A DNA stretch of 64,000 nt from the human T2T-CHM13v2.0 reference genome, Homo sapiens, in assembly GCF_009914755.1 (NCBI RefSeq), contig NC_060941.1; one strand, given 5' to 3'. Numbering within the stretch: the stretch's first letter is position 1; the number at the start of each line of letters is the position of its first letter. The notes below the pieces were generated by a model that was given only the letters and a program-made list of their open reading frames with translations, was not told where the DNA came from and searched no databases. The translations under genes were made by a program, and so were the position numbers. Shown one piece after another: positions 29,683 through 60,362 of this stretch.

Positions 29683-29753
29683 CTCAGTGTGTCTTTGATG
29701 TAATGCATTATATTCCTTCTTCAGTTCTGCTTCTCTTTCTTCAAGTCTGCTAA
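29683..29753 (-). CDS. SPAG9: SPAG9 coding exon 3 (71 nt, phase 1 to 0): (I)[23 protein letters not shown], leucine zipper I
   Basis: Acceptor atttcag|TT, donor GAG|gtgggt; in frame with exons 2 and 4. Confidence 0.96.
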
Positions 29754-31529
29754 CTGAAATTAAGATACATACACTTGATCAAAACAAAATAAGAAATTTA
29801 CTTGAAAAAGTACATGTTAGACTCAGAATGGGCTATCCATAATCCTTAGCAACTTTCAGACTCAGTGTTCCATATGCAAGTCTTCACAAAGCAGTGACCT
29901 CATTTCATTATCCTTAATAATGAAAACTTTCAGACGAGCGGAATACCTTAGATTGGTTCTCTAATATTCCTATATTTATCAGGTCATCCCCCTAAACAGT
30001 TTTTTTTTTAACATGATACAGAATTAACTCTTTCAAAAACACAAATCACCTCATCAAAGTTTTAAACTGGGATTAGGGCCCAAATAATGTATTTCCAACA
30101 CTACTCAAGCTCTTTAGCACTGGCAGTTTGTGAAAGTTGATTGTTTATAAGTACTTTTTCTGCTTCAGGTCTCCTCAATTTCAGGGACTCATCTTCTTTT
30201 ATTTAGCTCCCTCTGCTGATGGGTTTTGTGAGTGGCACTGACTTGAGGTAGTGCTCACAGAGTACAACTTCAGGATATTTAAAAAAAAAAAGTTTTATTA
30301 ATAGATCCTGAGATACAGAATGTCAGGACAGGATTCCACAGGAAAGAATAACTGATAGCAAAGAGGAATGATTCAGGGAGGAGGTGGTGTCCACACAGAA
30401 CCACAAAGGAAGAAATTACAGTACTCAAGACAGATGGTAATGAGAGCATTCCTGACACTGTTACCACAGAGAAGGGAACACAAAACCATGCCTGTGGTGA
30501 GGCAGAGGGTCGTGGTGAGGCAGAGGGGAGACTGGCCAGACTGGAGGAGTCCATACTTGGCTAAGGAGCAGTGGGAGACAGTCTGGGGAGAAATAAAGCT
30601 GGTGCTAGAGGAGTTTATCAGGGTACTCATTTAGTCTGTTGGAAAGCCTTAGCATAGTTGAAAATGTTCCCTGGGTTTAAGGGTCAGCTGGCCGCAAACA
30701 GGCAAGGCTGTGTGTAATCTACAACTGGTGACTGTGGAGGACAGCTGTAGAAGGAACTAGTATGAACTAATATTCTGACAGCAGATAAATGAATGTTTTA
30801 TATGCCTCCTAGTATTAACACACCAGACACCAAACAAAACATACCTTGTGCTGCCCAGAAAATTCATTTTGGGTTTGTGTACCTTTACTTGCCATAATTT
30901 GTTTAAATATCTTGAAAATATGTGATTAGGAAAACTGTAGCTGTCTTTGTTTTGATTTGTTTCTAATTCAAGCTTATGTGTCGCTGGCTCATTACATTTG
31001 CACCAGAGAGCAAACACACACTACAGTACCCACGGAGCACATTTTATCATGCCACACAAGTGTTGAATACATCTGCTGCTCATCTTATCCTGTGGCTGAA
31101 AGCGATAATAAGCAAATTTATTATGCAGATGTGTTGTGATAAAATAATAGATGCTAAAACCACAAATTAATTTTTAATAAAATTTAATTCTATGATTTTT
31201 ATTTAAAAACAGGAAATCCAAGCAAATTATGGATATTTAATAATTTCAAAATAAACATTTTCTACTACTTGTCATTTAAACTGATTAAAAGCTTAAAGGA
31301 ATTCTGAGACTACTGGACAAACCATATCTATTTTCAATTGTTCATCTTTTTGAATCATTATTTTCTTGATAATGTGCAACAAAAACAAAAATTGGATGCT
31401 GAGGCTGAAATAAAATCCAACTATCATTCATAATCCTCAATTTCAAATTTGTGCTCAATAGTAGAGCCTTATTATTCTTGTCAGCTGATATAAATTCATA
31501 AATAAATTTGTATCACCAACACCACCACT

Positions 31530-31790
31530 ACTAATAGCAGCCAACAACATCAAGTGCTTACTATGTACCATACAGTCCTAAGAACTGCATATAAACTAAC
31601 TTATTTGAGCCTAACATTAACCTTACGATGAAAGTATTATTATTACATCCATGGTAGAGATGAGGAAACTGAAGCAAATAGGAGCTAAGTAACTTGCCCA
31701 AAGTCACACAGATAGAAAATGGCAAAGCAAGGATTCCTATCAGAATCTGGCTCCAGAATCTGTGTTCTTAATTACCATGCTATACTGCTT
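31530..31790 (-). mobile_element. MIR
   Basis: GATGAGGAAACTGAAGC..AAGTAACTTGCCCAAAGTCACACAG core. Confidence 0.8.
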
Positions 31791-31954
31791 CTCAGCAAAT
31801 ACTCATTTTAATCTGTTTTGTATATTGGAGTTTACTTTAAGATATCACTTTGGGCAGAGGGGAGTATGCTTCAAACAAAAAACTCCTCTGTTCTTACAGA
31901 AACAACCCATTCACAGATACTTTGATACAAAGGGCATCAAACTGCCAAGCAAAA

Positions 31955-32500
31955 TGTGTACCCAAGTCAGGGAGATGCACATTAAAACCAAAATGCAACA
32001 CCACCATGCTTCTGAATGGCTACAGTGAAAAACACAACACACCAAGTGCCAGTATGGATGTGGAACTACTGGAACTTTCATAAACTGTGGTGTATGGTTT
32101 CATACACCGTAACTTGGTATGCCCAATTTAAGAACTGTTTGGCAAGATTTAGTTAAGTTTCGAATGTTTGCCAACCCTATCACAAAACAATGTCATTGCT
32201 AGAAAGCCTATATATATGTCCACCCAAAGGTATTTAAAACAATGTTCAAAGAAGCACAATCTGAAAACAATCCAACTGTCCATCAAGAGTAGAATGGATA
32301 AATATTCATGTACTGGAATACTGTACAACGTGAATAAACAAATTATTGCCACACACAACATCATGGACCAATAGCACAAATATGATATTGAAGGAAAGAA
32401 GCAGAAACAAAAGAATACAAAATTCAAAGACATAACACAAAACTAATCTGAAATGTTACAAGTCAGGATAGTAGTTACCTCTGGGGAGGAGTCAGTGATC
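31955..32500 (+). mobile_element. Old L1 (L1ME-like) fragment
   Basis: CAGGGAGATGCACATTAAAACCAAAATG, TAGAATGGATAAATATT, AAGTCAGGATAGTAGTTACCTCTGGGG. Confidence 0.7.
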
Positions 32501-32751
32501 TGATGTATTTATGCCTGTATAGCCCCAGCCCACCTCAGTTCAAACACAATGTGCATCCATTCACACAGGCACTTTCCTCTGCTTGAATACTCATTCTTCC
32601 TTATGTTATCCTACAATGGCTATGAGTTCAACATGTAGAATGGGATTTAAACAAACTATTCAGAACCATAACAAACAAGCTTTATTGCTCTGACTGTAGC
32701 ATTCTCAGGGAGAGAACAAAAATGTTACCGAATAGACTGGATAAAGAAAAT

Positions 32752-33072
32752 TTGGTGGGTCACGCCTGTAATCCCAGCACTTTGAGAGCCGAGGTGGGCG
32801 GATCACAAGGTCAGAAGTTCGAGAACAGCCTGGCCAACATGGTGAAACCCCATCTCTACTAAAAATACAAAAACTAGCTGGGCGTGGTGGTGCATGCCTA
32901 TAATTCCAGCTACTTGGGAGGCTGAGGCAGGAGAATCGCTTGAACCCAGGAGGCAGAGGTTGCAGTGAGGCAGAGGTTGCAGTGAGACAAGATTGAGCCA
33001 CTGCAACTCCAGCCTGGCGACAGAGTGTGACTCCATCTCAAAAAACAAACAAACAAACAAACAAACCAAAAA
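32752..33072 (+). mobile_element. AluS with internal 17-bp duplication and (AAAC)n tail
   Basis: GAGGCAGAGGTTGCAGT repeated twice. Confidence 0.92.
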
Positions 33073-33382
33073 CCAGAATCTCACCACTTTTACCACCTTC
33101 ATCACTCTCACTTTGACCCAAGACATCATCTCTTGCTTAGGTTATTACAATAATAATCCTAGTCTCCTGACTAGTTTCTCTACTTAGTCTTTGTTCCCTA
33201 CATTCTCAAAATAGAGATGGAATCAAACAGTGACTAACCGCTCAAAACTTCAAAGCTTCCGATCTCATTTTTAAAAGGAAAAAAAAATTCTTACAATGGT
33301 CTGTAAGACTTTTCTGGATCTGATTGTCAAGTCACAACACTCTTTGCTTCCCATCCCCACAGAGAACTCTTATCTCCTGACC

Positions 33383-34908
<1,526 letters not shown>

Positions 34909-35369
34909 GCTTGTGGGAAGGAGACATATAACAGAATACACCATTAATTTTGGGAGATTTCCAATATTTATCTAAATGAATATGACCATTGTTCACATAA
35001 GCTTAGGTTCATCCATAAAAATTCCTTAAAGTTCTAGTAATCATTTTGTTCTCCTTAAGCATTTTGAATTATTTCTATCATTAATTCCTTCAGCCTCCAT
35101 TCACAGCTTTCTAACCCATCAGGGTTACTTTTTGCTAAATTTACTTCCATTTGGCAACACAGTCTTACTTTCACCTCAGAAATAACATTTGATAAACTAT
35201 CAATCCATTCTCTAACCATCTCTTTCAAAAGGTGAAATGGTTATATTTACTAATCTCATATAAATAATATACATACATATCTATATTTTTTTATTTAATA
35301 GCAACCATTTATCACAGAAAAAGGGCATTTAGCACATGCAAACTACCTGGAGTTACAGATGACTTGTCC

Positions 35370-36240
<871 letters not shown>

Positions 36241-36353
36241 ATGCCTGTTATTTTCATAAGAGCTAAAGGTCTTAAAATTACAGGTCTCAAACTTTTACTA
36301 TCTCTTTCACACACAAAATTTCATGTTTTTAATGCACAAAAAGTGGTATTTTA

Positions 36354-37277
<924 letters not shown>

Positions 37278-37769
37278 TTAAGTATTATCCTCTAGCATAA
37301 GTATCATATCCACTTCCATCTTCCTCTCCACTCCAGTAGAGGAGTAAATGAGAGCCTGTTCACCTCAGTCTACTTACTTAAGGCCCTTAACTAATTCATT
37401 TATCTTTCCCATTAAAATTAAACAGAAGGTTTATCATTCTGCTTAGTTATATTCAGATGTGTCACTGATAGCTAATTATACAAATAAAACAAGATGACTA
37501 ATATACTACCTACTCCTAGTAGGCAACCACAGCATTGTAAAGATGGTTCAAACATTAAGTTATCTACTTACCCATTTATGAGGAACTAAACAAGTCAAGA
37601 TGCCAAGAGGAAACCCAAGGAATATCTTCCCAAAGTGGTTGTTCATTATACTCAGCTCTTCAAAACTGTATTACTACAGACTTTCAGATAGCAAAGTTAG
37701 AGTTTTGGTTGTTTCTAGCTCTAGCAGGATATATAGGCAATTGAAATGGGGGTGGAGGGTATCCCATAA

Positions 37770-40186
<2,417 letters not shown>

Positions 40187-41209
40187 TTACGTCTGTTATT
40201 ATAAATGATTTTCTGAATGTTTTTCTGGTGGTATATTCTCTCCTGCCTAACACCCACAGCAAGAACCTGAACAGAAACTGTTTTATGACTTTGTGTATTT
40301 CATGTTTTCTTTACATATACTGTGATCCTAAATTTTATTATTATCTTTGTAGGTACTTACAATATAAATCATGTAACATAAAGATCATATATAATTGATC
40401 ATATAATACATAGAAAATATTAGAAAATATACACACATACACCAAGATCAAATAATACAAATTCAGAACCTTTCTTTTCTGAAAATACTTACAATAACTC
40501 AGTACAACAACATATCCAATGAACTCAGCTTACTCAAGGCCTAAGTCCCATAAGATGGTATAAACACTTTTGAGAAGTCATTTTAAAGTGTGGAAGAGCC
40601 ATCTCTTTAAAGTCCTGAATGCCACTAAGGAATCAGTTAAAGGGAAAAGAAAAGGAAGTAGAAGGGAAGGGGAAAGCAGGAAAGAAAAGCCCACCTGGCA
40701 AGGACTATAGACATCCTCGAAAGCCTCAAGTACCATGAAGTTAACCTATACCTATATTGTTGCATTCCATTTGAAGTGTATTAAAAGGTCATTTCTTGTT
40801 TAATAGTTATCACATAAACCTAAACTTCAAAACGATCTCAGGGAAAATTCTAAAACCTTGTCATTTTACTCATCAAAACTAGCTCCAAGCCGAGATTAAC
40901 TGGAAATAAACAAGATTCTGTTCATCCTATCCCAAAACAACTGATAAGTAACTGCCATTTTTAAAATTGCTAATTTTCTGGGGAGTAAAAAAAAAAAGGC
41001 AAATCATGTTATCTAAAAAGAAAAAAAAGGTGAGGGGGCAAGAAAAAAGAACAATCAAAAGACAAATCCAAAATTTCCCCTTTAGAATAATGATGGAGAT
41101 ACTTCAGCCTCATTTTGAGCGCTCTTTCTATCCGTCTTTCCAAAAAGCAAGAGGATAAGATTAAGGCAGGAAGAGCCACCTGCTCTGCCGGCTCAAAATC
41201 AGAGCTTAC

Positions 41210-41290
41210 CTCCTGAGATTGATGGCCTTTGCCAAGTTTGGAACACCTTCCATCTCTGTTGTCTTCTGCCCCATCAGACTGCTGATAGGC
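41210..41290 (-). other. Candidate cryptic/poison cassette exon (81 nt) in intron 2
   Basis: Acceptor tctgtttctctttcttccccccgtag, donor GAG|gtaagc; TGA at sixth codon in the host frame. Confidence 0.5.
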
Positions 41291-43252
41291 CTACGGGGGG
41301 AAGAAAGAGAAACAGACCTGCTAGAATGCCATATCCAACTCATTATTTGCCTTCTCAAAAGGAATCATCAGTTTTTACTGTTCCTGGAAGGCAGATAGTC
41401 CAACTGTTGCTGGGCCTCAGAAGATTGACATGTGGTCTTTCAGAAACTTCTCCTTGAACAATTTAGCATCAGAAGTCCCAACAGGTAAGCAAGGCTGACT
41501 TAAGAGCAAAGAAATCTCAGACAACCACATCAAAACAGTAATAACAACCTCTCCTCACCAACTAAGTCCTTTACCATGTCTCTCAACTTCAAAAAATTTT
41601 CAGATATTATATGTTATTAATCAATGACACAATGTGAAATTATACATATTTTAAAGCTACCATGAATCAATGATCATATTCTCAAAACAGAGTAGGATAA
41701 CTTCAAAGAATCCCAGCGGTAGAAACTTCTAGTGATCTGACAGTTCCCTGTCTTGAAGATGTTACTTAAGCCATCCACAACAAAGCTGATGATTCTCCTA
41801 CCTAAAGTCTCTACGTAGGGACAGTCCACGCTTAACCTCTGCACATATTCCTGTGTATCACCCTCATGGCCAAGAAATACTTCCTCATGACCAACCAAAG
41901 CCAAAAAATTCATTTTCTCTCACTTAATCTTCCAAAATAACAGACAAACAGCTTGCTACACTCCTTATCCATCCCTTTATATGTTTGAAAGAATAATCAA
42001 ATTATTCGTATTTTCCCTGTTCTCTAAGCAAATCACCAGAAATCCTTTAACTTTTACTCATAAACTTAATTTTCTGATACCTTTAGTTCTAGATATTAAT
42101 TATAAATTACAACTTTAAGCTTCTCAATAGACAACACTAGACTCAAAAATGAAAGAGCCCAAATACAGATAATAAAACATAAAACAGCTAAAGACCACAA
42201 GTATTACCTAATGAAGCAGAAGTAATGTTAGTGTTTGCAAAAACTATCTTGTGCCTAATTTTCTACTTTCCCACTCATATGTAGGCTCTAAATAAGAAAC
42301 AGCTGATATATATTGTTTATTAAATATATAGATATTCTTAGTATTGCAAAGAACTAGATTCTGATTAAACAGACTAAAAGTAGCTTTCTAAATAATTAAC
42401 TTGTCATTCTTTTAAAACCAAAAGATATAATTCAAACTCCTAAAGCTGCCTCATTAAAAAAACTTTCAACAAAAACACATATCATCATTAAAATATATAT
42501 ATATAAATCTTCGTAATCTACTTTTATCATTCTTAAAATTATGTAGAAGGAATTGCCTATTGACATAGAACTAAAGTGGAAAAAGTGTCCTATTACAGTA
42601 TTATTTAATTTTTTCAAAATACTAACATTCATTGCTAATCACAAAGCACAGTAAAGGATCTGATAAAGTTTTGTACAAGCCTGAATGTATTTTTTTAGGT
42701 GATTTGAAAAACAGCGACAGAAAATATTTAGGCTCTCTCAAATATTAACTTTGATATGAAATGATACTTGGCAACTTTAAAATGGTTTATGTGCTGTGAA
42801 AATTCTTAATTTATCAATCACCTTGTGTTGAAGGTCTGTTTTAAGCCTTATTTAATTCCTTTAAATAAATTTAATTAATTAAATAAAATTTAAACATTCC
42901 TTTAAAATAAAAATTATGTTATTGTTTATGTTAATATCTCCCCCAACTTTCTATCTAGTGGAGTGCTTATTCTTATGACCAAGAAATAAGAAGTGTTTTC
43001 CTTCTAATAATAATGTTTCAAAGTGAAGGCTTGCAGGTATTTTACTAGACTAAGATCCTGACACAAGATGTAAAAAGCAAAGGAATGTTACATGGGGGAC
43101 AAAAAAGGTAGAAAGGTCAAAGTATAAGGATCTAACACATTTGACTTCAGTGCCAACAACATTTTTCCATTTAATTCAAAAAGACGAATTTTCATTTAAA
43201 GGAAGGAAGGGCGGAATTAAAGAAGAGTCTAAATATAACAGCTTAAAATCAC

Positions 43253-43372
43253 AGCCACGGGTGCAGTGGCATGCACCTGAGGTGGGCTCCCTCACGGGAG
43301 GGCTGAGGTGGGAGGATCACTTAAACACAGGAATTAGACCCTCATCTCTTAAAAAAAAAAAACAAAAAAAAA
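43253..43372 (+). mobile_element. Degenerate Alu monomer (FLAM-like)
   Basis: GGCTGAGGTGGGAGGATCACTT..CATCTCTTAAAAA. Confidence 0.65.
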
Positions 43373-45349
43373 ACCTGTACTCCCCAAAAAACATAGCCAC
43401 CAAATTAAGAAGTACTCACTAAAAAAAAAATATCACTGTCATCTAAATCTTTTCATCTTCTCCACAAAAGGCAATGGCTCTATACTCAGGGAAGAATAAG
43501 TTGTAAATCCAAGGAGCCTGAGGGCAACAGAAGCTTCCTAAGAGAGAATCAAATAATAAATGATTCTATATCAGCTCTGTGTGCTAATATGCTGTAAATA
43601 ATGGTTCAAATTCATAAGTTATGACAAGCAAAATGGAATTTACTACTAACCCTTACTTCTCCAATTCTATTGACATTAGAAATGGCCAAACTATTATATG
43701 CCAAAAAGCACTAAAATTCTTTGACCTACTTCCTTAAATATATTCTAAGAAAACTACCAATAGAAGGGAAAACTTGTAGATGTAAAAAAATATTTACTGC
43801 AATATGATTCAGTATACCAGAAAAAATGACCAACCAACCAACAGAAGTTTTTGGTTTTTTTATTTTAAATTTCTTACATTTATTTTACCCTGATTCACCT
43901 CTTCATTCCACAAAGGATTTGAGACAGTTTACAATAGAGCATAATATATTAATTATACATGTATAAAACGTGGATCAAGAAAAAAAACAATTTAAATATG
44001 CCAACCAGGTAAGGTTCAAACTAGTTGTTATGGTTGCATTTCAACGTTTGTTCTGTTTCTGGGCTGCCATGGTAAAAAATACAGTGGCCATTAAATAATT
44101 CTCATTAGAGGAAAAAATAAAGCATAGTCCTCAGGGAAAACAAAAATTGTTAATAGATGGCATAGCTTCTGGATGGTGGATTTATGTGGACATAAAAATA
44201 ATAATGAAGATTATACAACAAGGAAAAATACTTATGATAATGTTAAGGAAAAGATACAAAATTAAATATACATCCTAACCACAATGATATAAAAATATAA
44301 TATATATGGGAAAAAGACTAGTAGGCCATACGCATAATCTTCCCCTTCCTCCCCCCACTAAACTATGATTTCTTTAACCACAAGGACCATATCATACTCT
44401 TGTGTACCACAACCATACCTAGGCAGAATGCTAGGCATACTGGACCAGTTTAATATTTTCAACTGTATTAAAATATCTATACTTGCTTGACTCAAATTTT
44501 AGATATTTGGCTTACAAGATAGAAATACACAACATACAACAGAGACAATAAATATAAAAAGTACTTTCTGACAAAGACCTATTACTGCCACACTATGAAT
44601 GGCAAAGTTGATTACACTCCTTACACACTTGAAAAGCACCAAGGCTTTCTCAATTCACAACTTCCTTATTCCACACAATATCGATTACAGACTCTTCCTT
44701 AAGGTTCATAAGATATTAACAGGACGTATTATTGCTGCTCCAGATAAGGAATAATATACAGCATTTTAAAAAATCCTTTATTCATGTTGGAAAAAGTAAA
44801 AAAAATTTCTTATATTCATTTAGATTTTGAAAAGTAATCAGAAATCTCCAAAATCAAACATGACCAAAAATTGTTAAAAAACATATTATAGACTCAACTT
44901 TTCAACATTGTTAAATCATGCAACATGATAGATTCCATACTATCAAAAGCTGTAAAGTGTGTCTTTTAATTCAGTTCCTATTTCTTTACTTTTTCTTGCT
45001 TCTCAAATAGCAAATAACTTTAACCAAAATTTCCCCTTTTAACAAAGGAAGTAGTCTTTAGAGCAGAACTTGAATTTTTATTGTGGCTATTTTTTAAAAG
45101 GGATGTGTGCTCCTAAAATATGTTCATGAGAATTGACAAACTCAGTCTTTTAAAATTAAAGACACTAATACACTGTATAAACATGAAACTAGAAAAGGCA
45201 TCCAGCACTCAAACAAATGGCACTCAACAAAAAAATTGCATCCACCTCTCCTCCCACTACAGGTACTGCGAACAGTCATCTCAGTGCCCCTAAATAAATG
45301 TTTATTTTAAATTAAATGTTGGGTTACATTTACTTTGTCACAAAATTCA

Positions 45350-47697
<2,348 letters not shown>

Positions 47698-47988
47698 AAC
47701 TCAGTTCATAGAAAAAAGATTTCGTGTTATCAACTTCGTGCATCTGAACGGTCAATTTTGATTAACCACAGTTTGTAAGTTCCTTAATTGTTCTTTATAC
47801 AGCAAGCTTTATTTCAGAAAGGAACAGCAGACTCCCAGGGGAGAAATTCTTTGGAGGATAATATATTCATAACAAAAATAAAGTTTTTAGATCAAATTAA
47901 GCTCAAGACCATATCTAATACTTGATGAAGAATTTCTTCCTCCTTTCCCTAGAGTATTGTCAATTATTTTTAAATGATCTCATTTTTA

Positions 47989-51530
<3,542 letters not shown>

Positions 51531-52550
51531 TAAAAACACAAAGCATGACACACGGCTCATTTTCTCTCGCTCAAGTTGGCTTCTGTTACCAAACATCCAT
51601 TGGCCCTCTTCTAGGACATCTGCTTAATAGCCACTTGAGTTCTCCTTGAATTCTAGAATGCTTGAACTCCAGATTTCCAGTGGTTTTAATTTAGCTCTAT
51701 TCCGTCTTTCCAGAGTACTAGAGAGAACAGTCAGTTCTCACACACGCCCCAAGAGTGCTGGCGAAGGCATTCCATCATGAATGGCTGTACCTTTATAGCT
51801 GGTGTCACTATGTAGCCTTCATGAGTAATGTGGATAGAGTAGCTGCCTGGCCATCCTTTGCTCCCTAGGATTCTGAAAGTTTACAATGCTGGGAGAAAAG
51901 CAGAGAATTGTCTGCCTACCTATATCAGACATGAAAATAGGCCATAAAGTTTCTCACCTTTTTTTTTTTCTAATTTTGACTTAATTAGGTCTGTTTTTAT
52001 TAGCCAAAGGGGAAAATCATCCTTGAGGTTTGAAACAATAATTTTAAAAACCAAGAAAATATGAAATTATATTAAAAATAAAATGATTCTGAAAAATGAA
52101 GTTCTATTCCCCCCAAATGGCCCCATTTTTCCATTAAAAAAAGGAGCAAAAAAGAGGATTCAGTACTTTTTTTTCTCCAGTATCTAATTACATGCTTAGG
52201 TAATTTTTAAATACATACTTCAAAGCTGTAAGTTTACCTTACATTTTTACATTTCAAAGCAAAACAGAAAAAATGGAGCTTTGTGTACTTGATCAAAAAT
52301 AGAGGAAATGATCCACACATACACACACACTTGCATAATGGTTAAAGCATAATGTTAACTACAAACAAAGGCTGAGATCTAAATTGAAGTGAGTCTGATC
52401 GATATATCTGGTTTAGTCAGTTCTGCACACATGGGTACCATGTGAAAATGTGAATAAAAAAGAACTAACCCTAGGTCCTAGGTCTCACTCTTGAGTCTGG
52501 GATGACAATTCCAAGTTTGTATTTAGAACCTTAGTCGAATTTCAGGATGA

Positions 52551-52882
<332 letters not shown>

Positions 52883-52928
52883 CAAGCCCAGTCTTTAGTG
52901 TACTTATGAGAAGAAATGTTTTACTTAC

Positions 52929-53049
52929 TCTGGTCAGCATAGTTTTTCGCTTTCAGCTCAAGTTGTCTTGTTTGAGATTCTAAAGATTCCACTCGGGTCT
53001 GTAAGTCCTTTTTTTCCTGTTCTTGAGAGTCTTCAAATTCAATGAATTT
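52929..53049 (-). CDS. SPAG9: SPAG9 coding exon 2 (121 nt, phase 0 to 1): [40 protein letters not shown], coiled coil (RH1/LZI region)
   Basis: Acceptor ttctttattag|AAA, donor A|gtaagt; translation matches recalled JIP4; phase fits the next exon. Confidence 0.96.
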
Positions 53050-53539
53050 CTAATAAAGAAGAACAATATAAATTTAATCAGAGAAATTAAACTTTACATT
53101 TTCAACTCCTGTTATTTCTTGGAATCAATAATCACAATTAGGTATTAACTACTTAGATCTCAGAATTATGACCTTGGGTTGATTTTTAGTTTTTCTATAA
53201 AAATTAAGTTTAAAAAACTCCCAAATATAGAAGAAAAAAATAACAAAATAATTGTTTCCACTTCATGTTATAGGCATTCCATATGATATACATATCTTAC
53301 TACAAATATATAAACCCTTTTGTATACTTGCATATGCATCTTGACTTCCAGACAACTTAAAAATCTATAACATGTACAATAGAGAACAAAAGAATGATGG
53401 AATAATCAATAAATATTTGTTAAATGGTTGTGTGATTAATAGTCATAGATTCACCTGAACCATGGAGTTTAAATTCCTAAGAAAAGGACATGTCCTAGGA
53501 ATAACTCCACCACTCAAATCTAACTTACCAAACCTGTTC

Positions 53540-55976
<2,437 letters not shown>

Positions 55977-56139
55977 AGAAAATTTTCCAAGTTAAAAAAA
56001 CTGAAACCCTTATAGAAAAATTTATAATTCACAAAAAACTTAGGTATCACTACAATATATCCTAGTTTTAACATGAAATTGTCAGTCTATTACCTATATT
56101 AACTGTCCTCAAACTTTTCAATCACTGCAGAGGACATGG

Positions 56140-56968
<829 letters not shown>

Positions 56969-57737
56969 TGAACTGCTGGCCTCAGACTCCTGGGCTCAAG
57001 CAACCCTCCTGCCTCAGCCTCCAGAGTAGCTGGAACTACATGTGTGAGCCACCATGTTTAACTTTCCTGATCTTTGAAGCCTGAAAACTACAAACCCTAT
57101 AACATTGGTTCTTAATCATTAGGGGGTCCAAAGACCAATTTGGAAATTTGATCCATCTATGAACCATATTTCCCCAGAAAAAACGCCCCCGCCCATGTCA
57201 AATGCCACCTATTTTTCTCAGAGGGCTTAGAGACACTGTAGTTCCTTCCACAAACCCCAAGTTTAGCACCTCTTCGCTATACTTTTCTATGAAAACATTT
57301 CATATTTGTGGGACTTCTGGGGAAATCAAGTCACTGTTTATTTTTCAGAATATTCAAGATGACCATATATAGGAAAAGTAAAGGTTACAGTAAATATAGG
57401 AAAAGAGGCAAACTAATAAATCATTCATTCATTCAAGAAACATCTACTGACTACTTACTATGTACCAGGCACAGGGAACATGACTATGAGTATCCAACTA
57501 GCCCTGCCTTCCAAGTGTTCATTGGCTAGAACTGAATGCAAGCAGATGATGTAAGGTTACGTTAAATAGAAAAGCAGAAACTATGAAGTCTGAGTAAGTT
57601 ATTTCAACATTTTGCCTTGATATATAAGCAAAGACTAAGAATTAATAGGAAAATGTAATTATTTTTTGGCCTGCTTTGAAAATGATGCTCCCTTGGCTAA
57701 CTTAACTACTATATCTGGGAAAGTAACCAAAAAAAAA

Positions 57738-58612
<875 letters not shown>

Positions 58613-59266
58613 TATTTACAACTCCTTTCTGCCTAATAGGAGACACCTAATAAGGGACACACAGTTTCACATCTGCTTTGTTGCTTAGCGACCAAGTTCA
58701 GCTTCAGAAGATGGATACCACAGAATACGACAATTCCAAAAAGACCTACCTTTGTGGAATGATTCAAGCTTCAGAATTTTTCACGTTTTATTATGACTAC
58801 TGAGGCTTTTTATCTATATCACTTTAAATAAATATGGCAGAGAGAAAAGAGATTTTTTTTTAAGTGATGTGACAGGTCTTGGATTGGCAAGGCTATTATC
58901 TCCAAAGAGAAATCTCGTTTCTTTAGTTTCCTTTCACAGGAAAGTACGAGCAATAATAAAAATATTTCAAAGCAAATACATACTTTGAGTCATTTCCTTC
59001 AAACAAATTAAAACAGATAAACTTAGAGATTACAAAATGGAATGTTGTCTTTCACAAACGTGTGCACATTTTCTCCTTTCTTGTTCTAAGTAGATCTTAA
59101 ACTTCTTGGAATCATAAACTCTTTTGAGTATATTGTGAAAACAGATCTTATACCCAGAAAGATAAATAGGTGAAACTCAAAGCTATATACATTTATCAGT
59201 GCATCTTCAAGTTCTAAAAGAAATCAAGGAGGATTTTTCCCCATTTATAAACACTATTGAGGTTGA

Positions 59267-59452
<186 letters not shown>

Positions 59453-59733
59453 TAGCTGAATCAGGCATGCATCACCATACTCAGCTAATTTTTGTATTTT
59501 TGGTAGAGACAGGGTTTCAGTATGTTGGCTGGGCTGGTCTCAAACTCCTGACCTCAGGTGATCTGCCTGCGTCGGCCTCCCAAAGCGCTGGGATTACAGG
59601 TGTGAGCCACCACACCCGGCTGAAAATCCCAATTTTAAATGTGTATTAAGTCTTGGTTTGGAAACGTACAGCTGCCATCCTCATTTAAAATGCTAATCAC
59701 AGCCATGTGCAGTGGCTCATTCCTGTAATCCTA

Positions 59734-60000
<267 letters not shown>

Positions 60001-60092
60001 TTACAGGCTCATGCCTATAATCCCAGCACTTTGGGAGGCCAAGGTGGGTGGTCAGGAGTTCAAGACCAGCCTAGCCAAGATGGTGAAACTCA

Positions 60093-60362
<270 letters not shown>

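Noticed and set aside
58750-58821. Possible 72-nt pseudo-exon (donor AAG|gtaggt, begins with TGA)
   Set aside because: Weak AAG acceptor separated from its pyrimidine tract; within chance expectation for a long intron
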